Source of the DNA: Octopus vulgaris
Lineage: Eukaryota
Assembly (NCBI GenBank): GCA_951406725.2
Contig: OX597819.1
Span: 102,734,001-102,798,000 of the forward strand
Reading direction: 5' to 3'
Length of the DNA: 64,000 nucleotides
Under the pieces are notes generated by a model that was not told the origin of the DNA, did not search any database, and worked only from the letters and a program-made list of their open reading frames with translations. A program made the position numbers and the translations under genes. Shown piece after piece: positions 42,612 to 54,401 of the stretch; positions within the stretch are counted from its first letter, which is position 1; every line of letters begins with the position of its first letter.

Positions 42612-43304
42612 TTATGTCTGTGTGTGTAGAAAGAGAGAGAGAGAGTAAGAGAGAGTCTGTATAAAAATATGATACACGCACGCATTAAAGTTAACGATAT
42701 GTTTAAGGGATGAGATATTTTCTTTTTAATTTTACTGTATTTCCGGTCTTATAAATCAAAGCAAAGTAAATTACAAGCAATACAAGCCGATGTAAGACCT
42801 AACATTTAGCAAATAACTTAAAAGTATAATAGAAATAGTGACAAAGTAGGAAATTTGACACAAGATATTTGTTCGTCTTTATATTGTATTTTTTCTCGAT
42901 AGTTTCAGCTATAAACAAACACAACATGCTTCTGTCTGCAATTTTACATTACCAGTTTAAGACAGTTTTATCTCTTGAAACAACTTCCAGGGAAAGAGTA
43001 ATAGGTATATGTTTTAGCTTTCTCATAAAAGACAAAATCTATATGTTCAACGACACTATTGCATTGCTATAGTACAATCCTGATTGTTCTTTCACTGGAG
43101 TTTAGTTTTCCGTTCCCATTTTCATATTTGTTTTAAAATGTTTAGAAATTAGAGAACTAATTGTATTTATATTTCAATGTCGAGGGATATATTTGCATAC
43201 GTAGTTTTCAGAATTGGGTATGATAGTGATGTTAGACATAAAGAAAGGAAAATGCACACAGTTTACATAGTTCTAATATATTTTAAATAAAAGTACATTG
43301 TGGT

Positions 43305-43348
43305 TGTCGACCGGTTTCGCTTTCCATAATCATGACAATCAGCAGACA
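43305..43348 (-). ncRNA. Degenerate minimal hammerhead-like motif, probably inactive
   Basis: Minus strand TGT-CTGCTGA-ttgtcatgattatggaaagc-GAAACCGGTC-GACA. Stem III is the palindrome ACCGGT, and the core has an A6-to-C change. Confidence 0.45.
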
Positions 43349-43462
43349 TAGGAACTACATCAATATGATAAATTATGTCTGTAGGTGTGCTCATAAAAGA
43401 AATGACGTGGTAAGAGGTTGATTGTCAAGGAGAGACTTGAAAACAACAACAACAACAACAAC

Positions 43463-43493
<31 letters not shown>

Positions 43494-43517
43494 GTAATAA
43501 TAATAATAATAATGATG

Positions 43518-43592
<75 letters not shown>

Positions 43593-43599
43593 TGCACCA

Positions 43600-43945
43600 C
43601 ATGAGCTATATAGTTGATGTTGCGTACCCCTTCGACGAACGAATAGTGAAAAGGGGATGCGAAAATATAGGTGAATACAACCTTCTTAAGTACGAAATAG
43701 CCCCGCTATGGAAAATGAAGGTGAAGATAGTGCCAATTATTACTGGGTTCTTGGGGACAGTGTCAGAAGGCATGAAGTTGAATATAAAAGAAATAGGAAT
43801 AGTGGAATTGTTACAAAATATTTGCCACCTTGTCACGACTAGAATTATCAAGAAAATATTAAATAGAAAAGAACCGTGCGCTTCAGGCAGCAAGCCCGCT
43901 ATGTATGCAAGGCTCCAGGAGTTCCAACAAAACCTGAGATAAAAA
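43600..43945 (+). mobile_element. R4/Dong-type RLE C-terminal fragment directly after (AAT)n
   Basis: ORF 43418-43942 reads YIVDVAYPFDERI..YNLLKYEIAPLWKMKVKIVPIITGFLGTV..LLQNICHLVTTRIIKKIL. Confidence 0.8.
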
Positions 43946-44759
43946 GAAATGAAAACAAATAATATATTGCTTATCGCGAACACTACAGAAAAGAGTTCTT
44001 CTATGTATATATATTCAATATACGAACACTAGAACACGTCATGATAATAGCCGGCTTCTTGGGTAATTACGAATTTGAAGTACGAAATAAGTATAAGAAG
44101 CGGGCTTCTTGCTATACAACCAGGGAATGGAGGGAAGGAGAGATTTTATATTAATCCGAAAGAACGGCCAAGAACGAAGGAAACCGGAATACCTAACGAA
44201 AGTACGGGGCGCTTAGCCGTGCCCATGAAAGCTTATTTACAATTAATTCACTAATATCGAAGCTTCAGAATGACTTTAGAAACGATGGTTGAAACAAATA
44301 CAGAGTTAATGAAATAATAAACACACACTGTTTCATTATTTTAATTAATTTATATGGGATACCATTTAATAAGGATAAGCAAATGAATAAGCAATGTCTA
44401 TTAGTCATTGTATTAATAAAACCCTAACTGCACCCGTGAAAAATTCGTGGAAAAATAGATGAATACAACCTTCTTAAGTTCGAAATAGCCCCGCTATGGA
44501 AAAGGAAGGTGAAGATAAGGTAAGTGAGAAAAACAGGAGGGGAAGATGGGGAGAAAGGAAGAGAGAAAAATGAAAGAGTAATAAGATAGAATAATGGGAG
44601 AAGAGGAGGTAAAAGAATAAGAGAGATAGAAAGAGAGGAAAACGAAAGAGTAAAAAGATAGTAGAGTGCACATCAGAATTATTAAGATAAAACTTTCTTG
44701 GAAGAGGATGAGTGGCATTCAATCATGTAATAATAATGATAATAGTAATAATAATAATA

Positions 44760-44791
<32 letters not shown>

Positions 44792-44815
44792 ATACACATA
44801 TACATATATACGTAC

Positions 44816-44890
44816 GGGCATATGGCGTAGTGGCTAAGAGTGCGGGCTACTAACCCCAAGATTCCGAGTTCGATTCGAGGCAGTGACTTG
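44816..44890 (+). mobile_element. tRNA-like head (SINE or pseudo-tRNA) followed by (AAT)n
   Basis: TGGCGTAGTGGCTAAG A box, GGG-CTACTAA-CCC anticodon-like arm and GAGTTCGATTC B box. The acceptor stem does not pair, so it is not a functional tRNA. Confidence 0.7.
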
Positions 44891-45165
44891 AATAATAATA
44901 ATAATAATAACAACAACAACAATAACAATAACAATAACAAAATAATAATAATAATAATGATGATGATGATAATGATGATGATGATAATAATAACGAAAAT
45001 TATCTTAGGTTCGGAATTTCCCCAAGATATCTGTCAGCAGAAACGTTGTGTTAACAACAAACAAGATGAGGACAAATATCCGTCAAATGTAAATAATGTA
45101 AATAAGGTACATAATTCCTCATCTTTTAAATTTAGAACTGTATATGTACATACTTACATCTATAC

Positions 45166-45232
<67 letters not shown>

Positions 45233-45587
45233 CGCATGTGTGTGCATATATGGGCACAACGTCACGAAACGTGTACAACAGAAAATACGTGGTACGAGTA
45301 CACGGAATATGAACTATTTATTCGAACAACGAAAGACACAAATGGAAAACAAGACAAATAACACAAAAAATGACCCTTCATGACAAGAACACGTATTCTT
45401 TGATCCGGCTTTAATGGAGAGAAAGAAAGAAACACAAGTTAGGAAGAGAAAGATGGCCGATAGTCACGTGGGAGTCACATAAGCAAAGGAGAAAGAGTGA
45501 GGGAGAGAGTGACAGACAGAGAACTGTGAAGGGGAGAGGAAAAAGTGGATAGGGCAAGTGAGGAAAACAGGAGGGTGTTTTTCTCAT

Positions 45588-46546
45588 TTTTCGTGGAAAA
45601 TCCCAGGAGAGGGTACTTTCTGGAAAATTCCGAGGACGGGTGAGTGGGACTTCCTGGAAAATTCCAAGGATGAGGAAAGGGGATGGAGTGGAGAAATGAA
45701 TTCCTGCAAAAGTCCAAAGAGGTGTAGGAAATGAATGAAGGGAAGGAAGAACTTCCTGGAAAAGTCCAAGGAGTGGAGGAAGGGGAGGAGGGACTTCCTG
45801 GAAAAGTCCGAGGAGAGGTTGAGTGGGACTTCTTGGAAAAATCCAAGTAGGAGAGGAAGACATTCCTGGAAAAGTCCAAGGCATGGAACGAAGGACTTCC
45901 TGGAAAAGTCCAAAGAGAAAAAGGAAGGGGAGGGGAGGAAGAACTTCCTTGAAAAGTCAAAGGAGGTGAGGAAGGGGGAGGATGAGGAATGACATCCTCG
46001 AATATTCTGAGGAGGGTAAGTACTTCCTGGAAAATTCTGAGGAGTGGGTGATTGGGACTTTCTGGCAAAGTCCGAGGAAGGGATACGTGGGACTTCTTGG
46101 AAAAGTCCGAGGAATTGGGTGAGTGGGACTTCCTGGGAAATTCCAAGGAGGAAGGGGAGGAAGAACTTCATGGAAAAGTCCAAGGAGGTGAGGAAGGGGG
46201 AGGATGAGGAATGACATCCTCGAATATTCTGAGGAGGGTAAGTACTTCCTGGAAAATTCTGAGGAGTGGGTGATTGGGACTTTCTGGCAAAGTCCGAGGA
46301 AGGGATACGTGGGACTTCTTGGAAAAGTCCGAGGAATTGGGTGAGTGGGACTTCCTGGAAAATTCCAAGGAGGAAGGGGAGGAAGAACTTCATGGAAAAG
46401 TCCAAGGAGGGGAGAAGGAAAACATTCCTGGAAAAGTGCGAGCAAGAGCGAGTGGGAGATCCTGGAAAAGTCCAAAGATCGAGAAGAAGGACTTCCTGGA
46501 AAAGTTCGAGGAGGGTGGGTACTTCCTGGAAAACTCCAAGGAGGGT
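45588..46546. repeat. Minisatellite of ~26 units (about 29-52 bp) with palindromic core GGACTTCCTGGAAAAGTCC and a 222 bp six-unit higher-order duplication
   Basis: Units counted by eye. 45961-46182 is nearly identical to 46183-46404, matching the 74-aa repeat in ORF 45584-46405. Confidence 0.92.
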
Positions 46547-46547
46547 A

Positions 46548-46915
46548 TTCTTTTATTCTTTTACTCCTTGTAGTCATTTCTCTGTGGCCAGGCTGAAGCT
46601 CCACCCTTTAGTCGAAGAAATTGACCCCTGGACTTATTTGCCGTAAGTATAGCGCTTATTCTATCAGTCTCTTCTGCTGAACAGCTAAATTACAGAGACG
46701 CAAACGCACCATGGTGGTGAGACAAGCACACACACAAACGCAAACATATACATACATAAATACCTACCTACCTACCTACCTACCTACCTACCTACTTACC
46801 TACCTACCTACATACATACATATATACATACATACAAACATACATACATACATACATACATACATACATACATACATACATGCATACATACATACATACA
46901 TATATGACGAGCTTG
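46548..46915 (-). mobile_element. Degenerate SINE family B, 3' half
   Basis: CTTTTACTC..GTCATTT..TGTGGCCAGGCTG..CTTATTCTATCAGTCTCTTCTGCTGAAC. Confidence 0.6.
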
Positions 46916-47039
46916 TTGCTGGTTGGTGCGATTTTGTGGTTTGGTGGTATGCCGAGAGAGATCCAGCGGGCCCCCAACTGGTTCTCCGATCTTAAAAGAG
47001 TAATGGAGCGGTTGGTGTGCTGGTGATGCTAGCTGGTGC

Positions 47040-47330
47040 GGTGGTCTTCCTCACAGTACTCCATTGTAGACAATGTTTTGTGTATATGTCATTGAGTTTC
47101 ATTACTCTCACTTTGATGTTGTTCATAGCTCGTGCTCTTGAAAATACGAGATATAATTGGTCAAGAGAAAATACCGGTTGTGGCAAATGTATTCCAACTT
47201 TTTCAAATATTTGCCCTTGAGCCTTATTAACAGTCATTGAATGTGCAAATCGAAGTAGAAACTGAAGTCTGTTTAGTATGAAAGGAATATTTGTATCACT
47301 TGGGCTAAGTTTAATTATGGGAATTTCTTT
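47040..47330 (-). pseudogene. Helitron RepHel Pif1-family helicase C-terminal fragment
   Basis: IPIIKLSPSDTNIPFILNRLQFLLRFAHSMTVNKAQGQIFEKVGIHLPQPVFSLDQLYLVFSRAR matches the RxQFPxRLAFAMTINKSQGQ..HGQLYVAxSR motifs. Confidence 0.88.
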
Positions 47331-48804
47331 TTTATTTCCATTTCTTCTTGCACGTTGAAAATTTCTGGGTGCAAATTTACAAATCGAAACGGAAAAGAAC
47401 GAAATAATAAATCGATTTATGAATCAAAGTTTGGTAATTGCGTCTTAACGAACCTATCCTATACACGTACGCAAATACATTCATATATATATATATATGT
47501 TGTAGCTGTGGAGTACTCAGCCATTTGGGAGTTAATTCTATTCTCGTGTGATAATGAAAAGTGAAACTGATGGCCAATATTTGCTGTGTCTATGTATCTA
47601 TGTATGAATTCTCTCTCTCTCTCACTCTCTCTCTCTCTCTCTCTTTTACTTTTTTTCACCCTCTTTCTTTCTCTCTTACAATCTCTCTGAAATATTTAAA
47701 AATACAAGACGAACGCCGTCACCATTCACTGTCTCCTTTATTTTCTCTCCCATTCTCCCCCACTCTCTCACTTTCCTTTTTATTCTCCCTTTCTTCCTCC
47801 CATTCTTTCACTCCCTCACTCTTTCTCTCTTACTTCCTCTCTCTCCTCCTCCTCCTCTCTCTCCTCCTCCTCTCTCTCCTCCTCCTCTCCTCCTCCTCCT
47901 CTCTCTCCTCCTCCTCTCTCTCGCTTTGCCACTTCAAAGCGGCAAGTGTGACGCACACAACAGGTACGTATAAAAACAAAAGTTAGCGTAATAATATTAT
48001 TGATAGTTGTAAGGTAATCTCATGACTGTCTGTCTGTATGTCTGTCTGTCTGTGTAACTCTCTCTCTCTTTCTCTGTCTGTCTGTCTCTTTCTCTGTCTG
48101 TCTGTCTGTCTGTCTGTCTCTGACTGTCTGTCTGTCTCTCTCTCTCTCTCTTTCTCTCTCTCTATATATATTTTCACCTACCCGTCTATCTTTCTGCTAC
48201 TCTGTCGAACGAATTAAGTAACATTTCTGCAAAAATGGCAATGTCCAGGTGAAAAGATTTCGGTTCGTTCTGCTTAAGCTGCCTGTCGTCTCATCATTGG
48301 ACTCTATTTAAACATACGCGTCGCATGTTCAACTCTTTATCTATGTCTGTCTGTCTGTATGTATGTATGTATGCATGCATGCATGCATGGATGGATGGAT
48401 GGATGGATGTATCTATCTATCGATCTGTCCATCTATATATTCATCGCCCTTTCATCATTATTACCTTTTGCTTTTCTTGATGCTCTTTACTCTTCCATTT
48501 TTCCACCCACCCCCTCCATACTCCTCTAGTTTTCCTATGTTACATGGCCAACTCGTCAGTTTTCCCTCTATTATTATCTGCTTCTTTCCACTCACTATTT
48601 CACCCCCTTACACGTAAGCCACTCTCCTTTCACTCTCTCGCCCTCCCTCACCTCTATCTCTCTCTCACTCTCCTTCTCTGAAATAAAACATATATTCGAC
48701 ATTTCAGAAATGTTTTAGTTCCATAATCATCGACAGAATTTCTTAGTGCATTTGTACCTGAGTGTGAGACCATATGTGAGTGTGTCCGTGTGTGTGTGAG
48801 TGTA

Positions 48805-48850
<46 letters not shown>

Positions 48851-49010
48851 CAAGTGTGTATGGAAAGTAAGCGTACGTGAGGGGGAAATATAGAGAGAAT
48901 AAGAGAAAATGAGAAAAGGAGCGAGAGAGGGGGAGAAAGAATGTAGGAGGAGAATGTGTGTGTGTGTGTGTGGATGTTTGTGTCCGCTCAGTTGCTGATT
49001 GTGTATGTCA

Positions 49011-49047
<37 letters not shown>

Positions 49048-49454
49048 TGCGTCTGTGCGTGAATGTGTGTATCTCTGTGTGTTTGAGTCTGCTCAGTTGC
49101 AGGTTGTGTAAGGTCACAGTGTGTGCGAGTGAGTTTATGCAATTGTCTGGCTATGAAATAACAGCCAGTGCTTCGCCTGGTTACTAAGTGTGGCTTTTAG
49201 TGTAGTGCTGTACATAAACTGTAGGCAAATACACAGCGAAACTCAGTTCTGCTCCGCTGCAAGGATTGGAAAATGTTAGATTTCGTATTTGAAAGAAAAG
49301 ACAGCAGGAAGAAGCAAAGAAAAAAGAATAAAAATAGACAGGAATGTATGAGGGATATGAGAAGAAGAAGAAGAAGAAGAAGAAGAAGAAGAAGAAGAAG
49401 AAGAAGAAGAAGAAGAAGAAGAAGAAGAAGAGCAGCAACTACAACAATAATATT

Positions 49455-49677
49455 AATCCTTTCGACTATAGGCACCAGACCTTGAAAATTTTTGGGTGGA
49501 AAGGGTCTAGTCGATTACATCGACCCCAATGCATAACTGGTACTTATTTCATCGACCCCACCAAATGATGAAAGACAAAGTCAACCTCGGCGGAATTTGA
49601 ACTCTGAACGTAGCGGTAGACAAAATACCGCCAAGCATTTTGCCGGGCGCACTAACGTTTCCGGCTGCTCGGCTCCT
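49455..49677 (-). mobile_element. SINE family A monomer with tail-2
   Basis: Head and body joined directly to tail-2 (plus strand AATCCTTTCGACTATAGGCAC..GAAAATTTTTGG). Confidence 0.8.
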
Positions 49678-49694
49678 TAACAATAATAATTATA

Positions 49695-50204
49695 ATGGTT
49701 TCAAATTTTAGCACAATTGACCCCGAAACAATGAAAGGCAAATTAGGCCCCGGCGGAATTTGAACTTAACGATTCAGTATATTTTAACCGGCGTGTTACG
49801 ATCGTGTCAGCTTGTAGCCTTAACTACATCAATAATAACAGAAACAGTACAGTTGACAAAAAGAATGTGTTAATTATTGCTTTGTAATAAAGACATAAGG
49901 CAAGAACAATCGGAAGGGGATTAGTAGACTCAATCTCCCCCAGTGCTTGTTGTTTGTTTTTATTGATAACGGTAGATTAAAAGGAAAAGTTGACCTCAGC
50001 TTTGATTTACACAGGGGAACTTTTGGTGTGGGGTGAGAATAGTCGATTACATCGACCCCAGTGCGTAACTGGTACTTAGTTTATCAACTTCGAAAAGATG
50101 ATAGGCACAGCCGACTTCGGTAGAATTTGAACTCAGAACATGAAGACGGACGAAATAATGCTAAGCATTTTCCCGGCGCCTTAAGGATTCCGCCAGCTCG
50201 CCGC
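49695..50204 (-). mobile_element. Cluster of about three degenerate family A SINEs
   Basis: Repeated ATGAAAGGCAAA, GGAATTTGAACT and GTCGATTACATCGACCCCAGTG remnants. Confidence 0.65.
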
Positions 50205-50223
50205 TTTAATAATAATAATAATG

Positions 50224-50287
<64 letters not shown>

Positions 50288-50465
50288 GGACTTACAAACA
50301 CATATAACGTACAGAAAATTGCACTACTAGGCACTGCACACATCCTACGCAGAACACTTTCCATACAATAACCATCAGAGCATCACAACAAATCACAGCA
50401 CATACCCAAGGCACACAGAGCTGCGCTCGGTAGTGAAGTGAAAGCACGCTATAAAAATAAAACTA

Positions 50466-50470
<5 letters not shown>
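50288..50470 (+). mobile_element. Extremely 5'-truncated R4/Dong copy (same family as 3361-4394) inside (AAT)n
   Basis: GLTNTYNVQKIALLGTAHILRRTLSIQ* plus a UTR (CAGAGCTGCGCTCGGTAG..ACTACTGAA) matching the reverse complement of 3361-3525. Confidence 0.9.
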
Positions 50471-50539
<69 letters not shown>

Positions 50540-50541
<2 letters not shown>

Positions 50542-51095
50542 GCCCTGATGCAGTACCAGGCAGTGGCTCTCATGGCTTCTGATCTTAACTGATTGGAAGT
50601 GTTATCATGTACATTGTTTTGTCTTGGTATAAAAGATGGGCTACAGCAAATATTCTGCTCAATACCACAGATTTGCTTGTCAGTTGTTTGACCGTAACCA
50701 GTTGAGCATGTCCCTTAGTGGCTGACGATATGTGCATCTCTAATCACGAGCAGAAGTAGTGGGGGAGCATCATAGCCATGTGTTGAGAAGGATTCTTTGG
50801 GGTTTGAATAATTCACCTCTGGAAACATGGGTGTTTCGTTCAACATCCTTAAACAACCCTTATTCAGGGACCTTTTGAGCGGGATGGGTTACCCGATCTG
50901 AAGAAAATTCTAACTGGGCTCCACCTGCAAGGTCATGTGCTGTTTATCTTGATATGAGATCACCATGTCGCGCACATATGGTTGTGATGCATGTGCCTGG
51001 TGTACCCTTATCAGACGGGTAGTCATGATGGGTATACTGGGCTTCGTATATTTTACCCCAGTGTCACTTTGATGGCATGCTCTGCTCGCTCACTC

Positions 51096-51096
<1 letters not shown>
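50540..51096 (+). mobile_element. ~555 bp non-coding repeat flanked by (AAT)n on both sides
   Basis: Homologous to 26436-26902, with no long ORF. Confidence 0.85.
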
Positions 51097-51158
<62 letters not shown>

Positions 51159-51486
51159 AAGAAGAAGAAGAAGAATAACATTTTCTACTCTAGGCACAAG
51201 GCGCGAAATTTTTGTGGAGGGTGCCATTCGATTAGAACGAACTCGGTACGCAACTGGTCCAAGTGATCCATCATTGCTTTGTCAGATTTTCGAAAGCCGG
51301 CAAATTTCATCACTTCTCGGAGAAAATCTGACCTTTATTCTCGGACCTTGTTAGTCTCTGATCTGGTTTCACGCCCCCTTTTTTTTATCTTCTTTCTATG
51401 TTCGCTTTTGTTTTGTTTTGCTTTCTTATATTCCCTATTCTTTCACCGACCGCCTATAGTTTTTCACCATCTTCCATTTACTACAG

Positions 51487-51632
51487 ATCGTTCCAAGATG
51501 ATGTAGAGAGGAAACTACTGCTACGGGAACAATTGTGTTCTAAGATGTCGGATCCTGGCACATTGGACGAGGAAACTAATTTGAACAAGTTCGTAGATGC
51601 ACTCAGTGGTATTCTGGGAACAGCAGTTTCAG
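51487..51632 (+). other. Possible coding exon or LINE linker remnant
   Basis: Pyrimidine tract plus TACAG| acceptor and CAG|GTACCA donor around the non-repetitive open frame SFQDDVERKLLLREQLCSKMSDPGTLDEETNLNKFVDALSGILGTAVS. I recognise no homolog. Confidence 0.25.
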
Positions 51633-51930
51633 GTACCAGCCATTTTTGCTTGCTGCATCTACCTCATACCCGCCACTATTTCCTTTCTATGCTTTCCAGC
51701 TTCTCTGAGCGAAGAGACCTCAAGTAGATATGACTATCACACGTATAACATCTGGGCTTTATGAAGAGAAACGCGGATTTAAGTTCAGACAAATATGTAT
51801 AAACTGGCAGAAATGCGTCACATCTACATATCTATTAAAATATATGTCCCCCTTTTTGTGCATGTATGTATGTATGTATGTATGTATGTATATCTATGTA
51901 TCTATGTATGTATGTATGTATGTATGTATG

Positions 51931-51971
<41 letters not shown>

Positions 51972-51976
51972 CCCCC

Positions 51977-52036
<60 letters not shown>

Positions 52037-52408
52037 AAATAAATAAATGTGCGTCTGTGAATGTGTATGCGTCTTTGCGTGCATGTGTGCCTGTGCGCCT
52101 GTGTGTACTTGCGTATAACTGTCTGTGTGTACTTCTATTTGTATACACACCTCAGAGAGCCTTACATTCGTATCGCTACCAGGGATGACTACCCTAGTAA
52201 AATACATATATTGTCATATACGTACGCATCCCCAATGCCACCACCACCACCACCACCACCACCACTACCACCACCACAGCAACATAAAATACTCATTACA
52301 CACACATGCATGCTCACTCATTCACTCACACATGCACATATACAAACATACGCAACCAAATATAACAAGACACAGTGAGATGGGATGAGTAATAGAAAGG
52401 ATGAGACG

Positions 52409-52512
<104 letters not shown>

Positions 52513-52916
52513 GTGAGAGAGTGAAAGAAAGATGAGAGATATTGTGAGAGAAAGAAAGGGACATTGAGAGAAATAGAAATAGTAATAATACCCTTCCTTA
52601 GTTCATTTCTCATTAAATACATATAACTACCACCCTGTGTATATATATATCCCAGTAAAAACTCTTGACATTCACAAAGCTGAGACTAACCACTTACCTT
52701 AGAGAGTGGCAACCAGTGCATACTCCGTAGATTGTTTATAAAAAAACAAAAAAGCAATAGTTATTTGTTAGTTCACTTTTAAAGATTGCCGCTACAACAT
52801 GGCACCATTATCCATAGATAGACTGTGTGAACCATTCTATTATTTATCATGTCCGTTACAGATTCTAGACACTACTTAGATTTAATAGTAGCAGAAGCAG
52901 TATTAATTTGAAAAGG

Positions 52917-53058
52917 TAATCTTGATCTCCAGCTTAACGAGGAGGTTATATTAGAACACAGATTACTGCGTTGAGTCCTTATTAGAGATCATCTCAAAGG
53001 AAATAACGTAGGATTCTGTTATAACACAACCTCCACGTTAATTTGGAGATGAAGACTA
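52917..53058. repeat. Imperfect ~140 bp foldback (MITE-like)
   Basis: TAATCTTGATCTCCAGCTTAACGAGGAGGTTATATTA pairs with TAACACAACCTCCACGTTAATTTGGAGATGAAGACTA, and the centre also pairs. Confidence 0.75.
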
Positions 53059-53736
53059 CTTGAATTTGTGTTACCGAATATTTTTTATACTATAAGTTAG
53101 GCAGCATTCAAACGGAAACTTATAAAACATTCAGACGTTAGAACTTACGGTAGAGGCCTCTACATGTCTGCTTCAATTTAAACACTACCATAGCAAAACA
53201 TAAAGGGGCGGGAGAGAACGCGTGGAATAAAGTAGTACTAGATGAATGAGGTCTTTCCTTCTTTCTATTTTGTTCATATTTTCTCTGTTTCGTCAGAGAT
53301 TCCATTGCTTCTGCACTTGTTTTCTTCCTCTCTCTCTCACTCTTATGTGTCCTCTGTATGTTTCTCTATTCACCATTCACTAGTGTCACGGCCGGCGCCT
53401 CCCCCGCCACCATTACTAGCATAACTACCCGCTGTTTACTTCTAATTTTCTTTGAGTTACTTCCCTTGGCGTTACATAAAAGGTAGGTAAGAACGTACTA
53501 TTTCACAGCTCTTTATATGAACCAATGCACAGCTTAATTTATGTGAATGTATGTGTGTGCGCATGCGTGCTTGCGTGTGCGCGCGTGTTTAATACAAGTT
53601 CACGTTGGTGCATAGACACGAGAGGAAAGTACTCAGTACAACATGTGGAATGAAATATAATTAATTGATAGTTTCTACTAGTGAGTCACGGATATTGGTC
53701 TTTTGGTACGTCAGGTTCGAATAAACAGATATAATA

Positions 53737-54050
53737 CAGGGTGGGGCAGAGAGGACGGACGTTTTTAAAATGGCTATTACTCAGCTCCAGGCTGAGGGAC
53801 ATATGTCAGACAGGTACCATTCGGTCCGTGCTGGCTTAGTATTTTTTTATTCTTTTCAAGTGAAGCTTGGTGATGTATCTTACTCTTCCTACGACAGTTA
53901 CGTGAAGAATAACGAGTCTGTCACAGCAGTTCAGCGTGAGATTCGGCGCCATCTCAACATTCACCGAAATCAGGCTCTTCCCACACGTAACACAATACTA
54001 CTTTGGGTGAATGCACCAATGGACAGGAGATCAGTTGGGGCTCCACCCTG
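53737..54050 (+). mobile_element. Internally deleted Tc1/Tc3-like DNA transposon (DUF4817-type HTH) with TIRs and TA TSD
   Basis: TA|CAGGGTGGGGC ... GCTCCACCCTG|TA, with internal YVKNNESVTAVQREIRRHLNIHRNQALPTRNTILLWVN. Confidence 0.85.
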
Positions 54051-54401
54051 TATATATCCATTCGTTTCAACCTGAAATGTGAAAACAAAAATGGCGAGAG
54101 CAAAGACACACCTTTGATGATTTTTTAACTCTTTTTTTTTGCCTTTGTTGAATTTGTAAAATGGCGCAGTGCCCATGGTATTTGCGAACCCTCCATAGCC
54201 GGCGCGACTGATGCCATTCATGTTCCACTTGAATCTTTGAAAGTTAATACTCACGGAAAACCCATGAGCAAGGTGAGAATTCCGAAGGGCCGACGACCTG
54301 TGCAAGCACTATTTTTATTTACAATTGAAATATAGTTAAATTCTGTTTAATTTAGTATAAAAAATATCTACACTAACTTCATGACCGACACTGCGCATAT
54401 A

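Noticed and set aside
44816-44890. Functional tRNA-Ser(ACT)
   Set aside because: No paired acceptor stem or long variable arm, and it is followed by an AAT tail, so it is treated as a SINE head.
45588-46546. CRISPR-like appearance (palindromic repeat plus variable spacer)
   Set aside because: Eukaryotic context, no cas genes, degenerate repeats, and spacers that are short, low-complexity, uneven and duplicated.
45411-46646. Long overlapping ORFs (up to 273 aa) in the array
   Set aside because: Open in several frames on both strands because the repeat is poor in stop codons; no recognisable domain.
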